From: Eledone cirrhosa
Taxonomy: Eukaryota
Length of the DNA stretch: 64,000 bases
Reading direction: 5' to 3'
NCBI GenBank assembly: GCA_964016885.1
Contig: OZ024752.1
Span: 744,001-808,000 of the forward strand
Made by a program: the position numbers and the translations under genes
The notes under the pieces: model-generated
What the model was told of the DNA's origin: nothing
Database searches by the model: none
What the model saw: only the letters and a program-made list of their open reading frames with translations
In this document: piece after piece, positions 39,501 through 51,500 of the stretch
Position numbering within the stretch: the stretch's first letter is position 1
Layout: the number at the start of each line of letters is the position of its first letter

Positions 39501-42500
39501 TTATTAAAGTAAATATTGCATGTAACATTATTAAAGTAAATATTGCATGTAATATTATTAAAGTAAAAAATGTGTGTAATATCATTACAGTTAATAAGAG
39601 TGTTTAGTATGAAATATTTTGTATTTATTTTAGAATGATAGTCTTGCTAATTCCATTAATCTAATAATATTTTAAGACCTTCACAGTCTCATCCTCAGAA
39701 TGGAAATGCTTATGATTGCAAAGAATCATGGAAATACAGGTAAAATCTTCAAACCTGGATTTACACAATGATTCAATGGTTAAATGCAGGTAGATTTCAT
39801 GGTTAATTTCACGGGTGCTGTATATGTGTGTTGATTCTTGGTTTGTATTTTACTATTAGTAAAAGAATAACACCTGAAGGTTACTAGATTAATGGATATA
39901 GTAACACTATTGTTCCAAACAAAACATAAAGGACTAATAAGTAAATAAGAAACATCTTTCATCACTGTATATCTAATGAAATACATTCTATTCTAATTAA
40001 TTAATTAACAATTTTGAGGGATTTACTAAAATTATTAATTATTTCATTACTAAGATAGTAACTTAGTATAAGGTTCATATATATAAAATTATGTTGGAAG
40101 ATTTTAATTTAAATTGGAAAACTTTAAAATGGGTGGTTTTGTTACATAGAACCAGAGTCAATAACTTTCATAACATGGTCCATCAACTTACCTGTTTGTG
40201 TGTGTATATATGTACATACATACATATATACACACACACAAAAACATTCACCAAATTGAAATAAATATTTTGATTTATGAATTAAAAATTTTCTTATACT
40301 TACAAATGAAATGGCTGAAAAGAAATAAGAAATATTAATCATTAGTGATATTTATTGATAAAATTATAGTTACTAATTAGTATTTGCATTAAATTTATAT
40401 TAAAATATTTACTGTGGTAAAACTTATTTACATTGCTTTAAAGCAGTGATTCCACACGTGGGGTGCATGCCCCACAGGGGAGCAATTTGAATATTCAAAG
40501 GGACAATTTAAAAATGATGTTAATGAGAGTAAACTTCGGGTTTTATCTTATTACTTTTACACCAAGGCAACTTTGGAACAAATTACTGTCGGAAACTCCT
40601 GACTCACCTCCTCTACACATGTTATTGTGCATCTGGCATCACCCATATGCCAATTTGTTTACACTTTGTAGTTGATCATTGCTGTTTTTATATCAAATGT
40701 TTGAGATGTTGGGGTGGTGTATGGTGCAGCACAAAAGGTTGGGAACCACTGCTTTGAAGGCAGTGGATTGGCAGAATTGTTAGAGTAGTGGATAGAATGC
40801 TTTACAGTACTCTATGAGTTTAAATACCACCAAGGACAACTTTGCCTTTTATCCTTTCAGTGTTGACAACATAAATTACCAGTTAAGTACTGGAGCCGAT
40901 ATAATCGACTCACACAACTAAAAAAAAAAGTTACTGGCCTTGTGCCTAAAGAAGAAATTAATATTTTATATTGCTTTTGGGAGGCAGTGGATTGGCAGTA
41001 TTGGTAGAATGTTGGACAAATTGGTTTATGGTATTTAATTATGATTTACTACATTTCTGAATTGAAATCTTGCAAGGTCAACTTTGCCTTTCATCCTTCC
41101 AGTGTTGATAAAATAAGATACCAGTTAAATACTGGGGTAAATTTAATTCATATCCTCCTCCCCTCATAGTGTAGGCATGGCGCCTGAAGTAGAAACCATT
41201 ATTCTACATAGTTTTTGTAACATGTACAAACTATATAGTATACAAGATCGCAAACAATGTTGATTACCAAAAGATAATACAAGTAAACAAAAGAATAATA
41301 GTAACTATCAATGTAGAGGTTATGTTTATAAAAGATATGCAATGAATTTATTTTAACTAGAATAACACTTCTTATAATTAATTTATAAGCTGTGACAGTG
41401 ATGTATTTGTTTTGCAAGTTTTTTGATATGAGATCATGCGTTGAAACAGATATTGTTATATTTGGGGAGGGTCATGTTGTTCTAATATTGCCAGAAAAAT
41501 ATAGTAAAACACACTCACTGTTTGGTTTGGTTTTCGCTTCAGTATATTTTTATATCTATATTTATATCTATATTTTTTAACTGTTGGTCAATCAATAATA
41601 AACATTGATTGCCAGCTGACGTATTTATAGAAATATAAACACATACTGAAGCAAAAACTAAACCAAACAGTGAGTGTGTTTTACTATATTTTTCTGGCAA
41701 TATTAGAACAAGTTCAAATCCCGCCGAGGTTAACTTTGCCTTTCATCCTTAAGGGGTCAATAAAATAAAGTACCAGTAATGCACTGGGATAATTGCTGGC
41801 CTTGTGCCAAAAGTAGAAACAAATATTAGAACAACATGACCCTCCCCAAATATAACAATATAATTAATTCAATTATCATACAATATGCAAACTTACAGTG
41901 GAGACATTTCCCATTTTAATATTCATTGGTTCTTCAAATTGAAAATTATTTGAATTTGTTGTCTTAAATCCTGGTGGTTCATAATCAGCAGGGGTAACTA
42001 TAAGGAAACCATGCAATTGATTAAAATAATTGATAATGTTTGAGAATCGAAAATATCAGAAAATTCCTCGGAAAATTTATAGTGACATACCATTATCATA
42101 ATAAAATAGCTTTATTGTCATTAAAGCTTCATCTGGAAGGGGTTTTAAAGTCTGTGTAAGGACTATGATTGTTCTCAATAGCTGGATTGTGGCTTTCTTT
42201 GTGTCATTTGCACTATAGGCACTTGAAACTTTGGTGTTATTTCTATAAATGTAAATGAAAATTTGATTATGGTATTATAAAACGTACTAATGATAGCAAT
42301 CCATATTTACAAGACATTTTTCAAAGCTTGCATTGAAACAGTTAAGTTCTATAACAATAAAGTCTGAACAATAACAGAAATACTATCAGAAGATAGAAAT
42401 GCTGAACATCACCCTCTTTCACAATTTGCACTTGTGTTTCAATTTTCACAAAAAAATAGTGAACAGCTAATTGCAAGACTTTCAGTTAATAGCAGTTTAC

Positions 42501-45500
42501 ATTTAGAAAATCTAATTGTAATTGCACATGTTTTGAGAAGCTATAGAATTAATTCCAGTTTTGAGTCTCAAAGTCTTATCCTGTAGGAGGAGCTCTGTGA
42601 AAGACATACATTACTGACAATTTAGCCAGATGTAATTTTGGATTTAATGAAGCTGCTGACCTTGCTATGAACAAGAACAAATGAAGAAAGAAGATTGGTC
42701 AGTGTTAAGTGTATAATATATCCTACATAGTGGATATCCCTTCTGGAAATACAATAAGATGTTAAAATATGAAGATGAATGATGATAGTTAGTCTCGATT
42801 CCAAATGTTTGTCTACAGGTGAGTTTTGTGTATGCTTTATTACCCCTCTTGCACTTTACAAGATCTAACTTTTTAAAAATAACATACTGATTTTCAATTA
42901 ACCTTATATATACAAAGTTTCTTTAATTTTCCTGCATTGAAAATGTTCCTTTATCAAGGGATCCTTATTATTTGGAATAAAATATAGGGTGTATGAAAAA
43001 TTATGACATGTAAGTATTTTTCATGATATTGTTCCAAGATACATATTTATATAATTCCTTAAATTATTAAGGTTTACCAAGGAAAAATAACTATTTAAAA
43101 ATTAATCAATAATAAACATAATATATAGATCACCCCCTTCCCTCCTACTCATCAAACTGCCAAATATGTCAACATACGTCAACATACTTATCATCCTATT
43201 CTTCACCCCACCCTAAAGGGGTAGAGAGGGCTCTTCAGTCAAATCAATGACAGACAATCTACCAAGTGCTGGTGCCATGATAAAATGAATTTGATAGAGT
43301 GCAGAAACATACATAAGTGAGATGAACCCCCCCTGCCCCACTATCAAATTCCAGCCAGGTTAGTAACCCCAATTAAGAACAGAGTTGGTCTATGATAACT
43401 CATCTAAATCCTGCTAGCAGGGAAATGAATGTTAAATGATGACGATGATAATGATAGATTTGATTTTTTTATATTAATTTTCTTTTTAGAATACAGGAAC
43501 ATGAACAGAAAAAAAAATTCTACATGTTTTTAAAAATCTTTATAAAATAAGCATCTTTGTATTTGATTATATTTATAATTACCTATATATATCAATTCCA
43601 CTATCCATGTAGGAAAACTTGAATGTATAAGATTCAATGATACTCTGGAAGAAAATATTTAAAAAAAGATTGTATATCAAATTTAAAAAGAAGTAAATAT
43701 AATTAAGGTATTTTGATAAGCCTAAACAGTTTATTTCATTGACACTAACAAATATATCTCAATATTTTTTGTTTGAAGTTGCTGATAAATCCTAGAGATT
43801 TGACATGGCTTTAATTCCAGAAATTGTCATTAACATTATTAAAATAGTAGATATTGTGATACATTTTTGGCTATCTCATTGGCATGTGGTGTCCATGAAA
43901 GATCCTCAGAATTTGTTAGGAATAACATTTTATACACACACACACAAACGATGATGATGATGATGATGATATATATATGGTAAAAAGCAACAACCTACAT
44001 GAGGTGCCTCTGATATGACTATCAGAGGCACCTCATAGAATAGTCTAGCAGAATAGGTTGAATCCTGCTTGTCTCATAGTAAGGATTAGGATCGTGAACA
44101 CCAGTGGCTTTGCAGATGATTGATTATTAATTTGGCAATAGGTTGGTACAACTCCTCCAGTTAGCAGAGAAATCTACCAGTATGCAGGTGTGGCGAGCTG
44201 TATATATTCTAGCTATTAGAAAAAGCAACATGAATGCTTCACCTTTGAAAGATGGATAACTTAAGAAGAAGAAGAATATTTAAGTTTTATAAAGTTTAAG
44301 TAATGTGTTGTTCATAAATAAGGTTCAAATGTAAAGTTGTAGATGTGCTTATTTGATAGTGTAGCAATTGCATGTTGGTGCTGTTGAATTTGAATAGGCC
44401 ACTATTGGAAGTGATTTTTAAACCACTTTCAAAGAAGTGGTACATGTTTTTGTGTGAGATGTCAAAGTTGTTTGTAAATGGCACCTCTTTTGTAAATACC
44501 ACCATGGGAAGGCAAGTATCATTTATATTGGAGTATGACTAGAGAATAAATTCCAAACCTGGAAGCAGGGACTAGAGAGAAAGGGCCTCAAAGTCAACAT
44601 GACAAAGACTAAGGTCCTTATAAGTAGACGAGAAAACAGAACCCAGATCCCCTCAGGGAAATGGCCTTGCTCAGTATGTAGGAAAGGTGTAGGTAGGAAC
44701 TCCATTCTTTGCCCCAAATGCAAACAATGGGTACACAAGAGATGTAGCGGGATCTCAGGAAGCTTAATTAAGAATGTAGGATTCACATGCAGCAGCTGTG
44801 CTGAAACAGCAAGCAAACAGCCACAGGAAACAAGTACCACCAATCTCTGGGAGGGCCCTGTAGAAACAGTAGACAGCTTCTGCTACCTAGGTGACCGAAT
44901 TAGCAACGGAGGTGGGTGCTCAGAAAGTACAATAACTAGGGTAAGAACGGGATGGAAGAAGTTTAGGGAACTACTACCACTGCTAGCTGCAAAAGGCTTC
45001 TCCCTCAGAATGAAAGGCAGACTGTATGATGCGTGTATCCGAACAGCGATGTTGCATGGTAGTGAGACCTGGGCGCTGAAGGTGGAAGACTTACGTAGAT
45101 TAGAGAGAAACGAAGCCTGCATGCTCCGATGGATGTGTAACAGTAATATACGTGAACGACAAAGCATAAATGAATTGAGAGAGAGACTGAGCATAAGAGG
45201 AATCAAATGCTGCGTGCAGGAGAGGCGGTTACGCTGGTATGGACATGTGATGCGTATGAAGGATGACAGCTGCATAAAAAGGTGCAGAGCACTAGAAGTT
45301 GATGGAAACCGCGGAGTGGGGAGACCCAAGATGACTTGGGATGAGGTGATAAAAGCCGACCTTACCCAACTACACCTCTCAAAGTCAATGACACACGACC
45401 GTGACTTCTGGCGTCACGCAGTAATACAGGGTACCCGACCTCCCATGGGTACATGCTGAAGCATATAAACAATATGCCCCCCCACCCCCCCACCGCAAGG

Positions 45501-48500
45501 TGGTCGTGGAGGTGCCACGGCAAAAAAGCACCCAGCCCACACTGTAAAGTGGACGTGTAGGCGCCACGAAAAAGCACCCAGCACTCACTGTAAATGAGGT
45601 TGGTGTTAGGAAGGGCATCCAGCTGTAGAAATCAAGCCAGATCAGTTCCTGTATGAGCAAGGCATGGTCAGCCGACCAGACACTGCCCACAACAGGACAA
45701 CCCGTCTAACCCATGCTAGCGTGGAAGAACGGACGTAAAACGGTGATGATGATATGAGTGCTCAGAAGCAACAACCAATAAGGTGACAGTGTCTTAAGGA
45801 AGAAATGGTCATCATGGAGACATGTCCAGTCACAACTCAACAGAAACCAGATATTGAGGGTGATTGTGGCTGAATGAAGTTTGTTTTCTTAGTACCAGTA
45901 TAGGAGGTGAATTCTAATTTTAATTTTATTTGACTGGGCGATGTGTTTTGGCTAGTTTAGGTTTGTTGTATTTAGCTTTGGGGTGGAGTTGCATAAGGAA
46001 AAATGTATATATTTTATCATGCCTCTAATACTGTGCAAACTAAGATACCCATTGGAAGGCCTGTGGTATGAAGGGTCTTCCTGTCAGGGTTTTTATTTTT
46101 TATTTTATTTAACTGGGGAATTGTATTTTGTGCAGATTGGTTTTGGCTAGTTTAGATTTGATGCATTTTGTTTTGTGGGAAGGTTTAGTAAAGAAAAATT
46201 AATTATATTCAGTCTCTATTTCATTGACTATAAACATTCCCCAGATTTGAGGCATTTTATTTATAGGTGGCGAATTGGCAGAGTCGTTAAGATGTCGGAT
46301 AGAATGTTTTACGGTATTCATCCCACCTCATTGTGCGCTCTGAGTTCAAATCCCGCTGTGGTCAACTTTGCCTTTCATCATCTCGAGGTTGATAAAAATG
46401 TACTAGTCCAGTACTGGGGTCAATTCTTTGTTCACACCTGGAGAGGGTTGGGCTCTGCCAGTTTTAAAAGTGCCCCAGACATGGCATATGACAGTGCCTC
46501 TATGACCCCACAAGTAGTTATGGGATCTTTATTTTATTTATGTTATAAATTGATATTTAAAATATTTATAAACATTTCTTCTACTAGAAAGACACCATTG
46601 CATTTAAACCAAACTATATCTAAATATTAACATTTAGTCTACAAAAAAAGGAAGTAAAATATTCCAACATATTTAAATCCACTTACATTTAAATCATTTG
46701 GATCCATGTAGATCTGAAAAGAAGAAAATTCTATAAACTGAGTGACCAATTATTTTATTTTGGGTTTTTTTTTAATTCATAATTGTTAACAGTAACTTAA
46801 ATGATCATAGTATTGCCAAACATTATGTTGTCAGAGGTTAGTTTACTGGTATTAATAAACGATATTTATGTTTTTAGAAATTAAGAAGTAATTATTCTGG
46901 TTTTAAAAGCAACTAAAATGATACAATAATATTAAGTTAAGCCAACTTATACAACTTCATATGCAAAGGAGGCTAATCAGTCCATCTACACAGGTGAAAA
47001 AAACTATGTATTTTCGCATGTTTTAAATTCCAGCAGTAAGCAAGGGGAAGCATTGTCCTGATGAGAACCAGAGTTCAAAAAGCATAAATAATTATCCTCT
47101 GCTGTTTCTGCTGGAATCCACTAGATGGCACTGGCCATCAGCTTTCTATTCATAGCTGGGCTTTCAAAATGTTTATTTATTAAACATACCGGATATCTTT
47201 AGATATACAAAATCTGCATACATATATGTTTACAGCTATGCTGAAGCTAAATTTTGATACAATAATAGTTTTAAGTTTATACCTATAATAAATAAATCCT
47301 CATCCTAAGAACAAAAACGTAAATAATAAAAAGAAAGCTGAAAGTACAATTGAATGATATTTGAATCATTTCAAGACCCTTTTTTTCTATAGGGATTATA
47401 AATTGTATTTAAAGTTGATCAGGAATTATAGTGAAACATCGATAAAAAAAAAAAAAGGCTACAGTAATGCATTGAAGATTTTAGTTGTAGGTGAAATAAG
47501 AAAGATATTTATGAAATAGTAAAACATACTTACACCAATTATTAGTTGTTCTAGCTGTGAATATGAAATAAATAGATGAATTAAAGTTCTATCTATACAT
47601 TAAATTGTTCTGTATAATTACGGATATAGCTATGAGAAGTTCTCTTAAATCAAATGCATTATTGACCAGCCATCATAACCTAAATCCTGCTTGTGTGTGT
47701 GTTTGTATATGCATGAATGGTGTGAGTGCAAGCATGAACACACACAATTTAATGTGTAGGAGGATAAGTGAAACCCCAACAGTACAAAACACAAAAGATG
47801 TTAAAAGGGTGGATGCAATCTGCAGTCAACAACAATACACCCCAACTATGAGTTAAATAGTGAGTACACTCTTGATATGACCAAAACCAAACAGAAAGCA
47901 GAAGAGGTCAACCAGTGAGGGGTTCCTCCAACAGAAGTGAGAAGGTCCTGGATTGGATTGGATTGGATGGATTACATACATTAGAAGTATTTCTTTTCTT
48001 TAATTGTTTCCAACCCTATTTAGTTGCTTTAGCAACAAATGAACTTATCTTAAATCAATGCAGCTAGATGTGATAAAAATCAATATAAACAATACAAAAT
48101 TATGGAACATGTAAGCAGTTTTAAATTAGTTTAGTTTCATTGATTTGAATTGAATAAGTATTCTGAAAAGTTAGTATTTTAAATTATATTTTTAGATTGC
48201 ATTGATCTATTTTATTCAGTTTTATGCACAAATTAATGCTACTTTTCAACTCAGTGCCTAATATCTATTTTCATAAATCAACGTACTGACGTTACTGGTG
48301 TTTATTTTATCAATCCTGTAAGGAAGAAAGGCAAAGCTAACCTTGGCAGGATTTGAACTCAGAATGTAAAGGGCTGTAACTATATGTTGCAAATTATAAT
48401 GTTCGACGCTCTACCAATGCTGCCAATCCGCTGCCTTAGTTTCATAAATAATGTTTGTTATTTACATGATAAATGCACCCAGTACAATCTGTAAAGTAGT

Positions 48501-51500
48501 TGGTGATAGAAATAACATCCAGCTAAAGAAAATTTGCCAAACAAATGGTGAGGAGGACTCTTTAGCTAACCTTACTAGTTTTGGTTATTTAATCAATAAA
48601 AAAAAGTTATTCCAAAGAAAATAAAAAGAAAATTTCCATCTAACAACAAGAGAAAGAAAATGTTTTTTTGTTATAAAACAAAATAAATATTAAATTACAT
48701 ATTTTTTATCAACAGCATCGAAACATGCTTTCATCCATTTTATAATTTGGTAAGCACCAGGACAGGAAGTATCTTCTCGAAGAATCTTTAAATTCAATTC
48801 TGTAATTAAAAAAAAAGAAAATTAATAGGAAGACTAACCAAGAAATACTGTTTTTAGAAATGATTTAAAACAAAGAGAGTATCTAAAATTGTATAAAATC
48901 ATTTAATTAAAGCAGTATTGATGCCAGACCTTATATCATCTATTTAGGTTACATTACAAATGAAAAATATGTTAACATAAAATATTATGGCAAGGAATTT
49001 GATGAGATTGTGTCGGTACTAAACAATTACATTGTGATAGATTTATATTAACTATTAAATATACAAATACAGTTTATTGCGGGGGATACATTCTAGAACT
49101 AACTGCGATAAATGAAAATCTGCGATATAGAGAGAGACCATAAAGACAACCGTTGTTTTTGTAGTTTAAGCCTTAAAATACCCCTCTTACATGCTTTAAG
49201 TACATATAAACTCATTAAAACACACTTTTCAATTTAAACACCAAAAATAGTCAGGAATGATCGTATAGAAACTACCACCAATGATCATACCACTAGTTAC
49301 CAATGACGACCATTACCAGCCATGTTAGCTGCTTGGTAATTCACTGTACACCTCACGTCAATCTATGAAGGGTTTGTAGTAGATTAGAGAAAAACACAAT
49401 CAGTAAAACAGTAATGGAATGAAAAATAAAAACATCTTTTTATAGTTAAAGCCTTACACTATACACTTGAATCTCATCGAAACTTATTTAATAAATTTAA
49501 ATTTTAAACACTTTTTATTCAGACGTATGTACCACGATAGGAAATTAGATACAAAAAATCTGCAATGTAGCGGGACCACGAAAAGTGAACTGCGATATAG
49601 CAGGGGATTACTGTATACTATCATATTCAATTTTATTTCTAATATTTTGAGTCATTAGAGCATTGGAAATGCTTTGTGGCATGTAGTTATAATGCTTTAC
49701 ATTCTGAGTTCAAATCCCACCTAGGATATCTCTGCCTTTCACCCTTATGGGGTTGATAAAATATAGTATCAGTAACACATTGGGGCTGATTTAGTTGACT
49801 TTCCCTTCCCTTCAAATTGCTGGCCTTGTGCTAAAAGTAGAAACAAACATTTTATCTTATTAGATATCACAGTTAATTTCCATACATATATGACCTGGTC
49901 ATCATCATCATCATCACCGTTTTACGTCCATTCTTCCACGCTAGCATGGGTTAGACGGGTTTATCACCATCTTCATTTTATGTCCACTTTCCATGTGAGT
50001 TGGACTATATCTTCTTAAAACTTCTTATCTATAGAAACAACATTTCAAAACATGAATTAAATAATTTTGTAATGATTGTTTGAATATAATTTGAAATAAA
50101 TATTTATATAATAGACAAAAAGCATTCAGTCCTCTCTGTTAGGTGGTTGGCATAAGGCATGGCATCCAGTTGTTGAAAACAAAGCCAAAAGTGGATCATA
50201 TGAGCAAGGCGAGGTCATCTGACATGTCGAACCTCATAATGTGATAGCCCATCTAACTTATGCAACCATGGAAAATAGATATTAAATGGTAATGATAATA
50301 ATAATAATAGATTTTTAAATAGATTGTTTCTATAAAAAAAAATCTACCTAACTATTAATTAATTTTAAAGTGCTTTCCCTTGGTGTTTATAATGAAATCC
50401 TTACCCTCTAGAGATCTATCTCCAAATGCTTGTTCTGGAAACATGGCTCTCAAATACACTATGTTTGAAACAGCAACTGCAAGTAATTTTTTGACAAATA
50501 ATGCAGATTGTTGTTCAGTCACTTGTTCATTTGGAAACATAGAGGCCCACTGAAATATTAGATACAACAAATATTTGAATAATTAAACAAATATTTGAAT
50601 AATTAAATAAATAAACAAATATGGAAACATGGCTCTCAAATACACTATGTTTGAAACAGCAACTGCAAATAAATTTTTGACAAATAATGCAGATTGTTGT
50701 TCAGTCACTTGTTCATTTGGAAACATAGAGGCCAACTGAAATATTAGATACAACAAATATTTGAATAATTAAACAAATATGAAGTGCAATAATGATAACG
50801 ATGTTAATAATTAGCAATGAATGCAGTAATTCAAATAGAAATAGAAGCTATGCCAGAATATTTTTTACTATAATATAGTCTAATAATGGGGTGTATAAAC
50901 CTATGGAATGGAAAAAATGGGTATCAGCTCCTATGTATGCTAATACCCATCTTTTTCCATTCAGTGGGTTTATACACCCCATTATTAGACTATATTATAG
51001 TCAAAAATATTATGGCATAGCTTTTATTTCTATTTCAATTCTAAACTTCGCTTGCCATGTTCCAAACACACATCCTTTGAATGCAGTAATGATGAAAATG
51101 ATGGTAGTAATAGTGTTGAAAGTGATAGTGATGTTTTTTTTCCAGTAGAGCTTATTGCAAAGCATATGATAATTTCTAAAGTAATGAGTTGAAAATATAT
51201 CATTAACAAACGATTTCTGTTATCTCACATAATCTATTAATCTATTTTGTTCATAAATTACTTTTAACAATTTTGTTGGAATGAATTTGTCTCTATCATG
51301 ATAAAATCCAAGTCTGAACAAAGAAAAGGGGAGCACCATTCTCATATCACAAAGAGCATGTGGTATAATGTTTTGAATGTTATGGTATTGCAAAAGATTG
51401 ACTCTTGGTGGAGTCATAAGTATTGACATAAATCATTTCCAGGGCATTTTTTAAAAATCTGAATACAGCTCTGAATACAGCAGATTTCTTCCAGAGAACG

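Noticed and set aside
40413-40422. Alternative microexon ag|TTTTACCACA|gt (FYH)
   Set aside because: 10 nt gives the wrong phase (TGA within four codons of the next exon) and has no pyrimidine tract; 40304-40314 fits perfectly
44668-44799. Idea that the HORMAD PHD was acquired from the intronic PHD-bearing RTE
   Set aside because: Spacing and sequence differ (CxC versus CxxC first pair), the host PHD is split by an intron, and Hop1-type PHDs are ancient; co-location looks coincidental
44883-45329. Antisense ORFs over RTE and CR1 copies (also 52351-52962 and 62441-63004)
   Set aside because: Shadow frames of retroelement coding sequence
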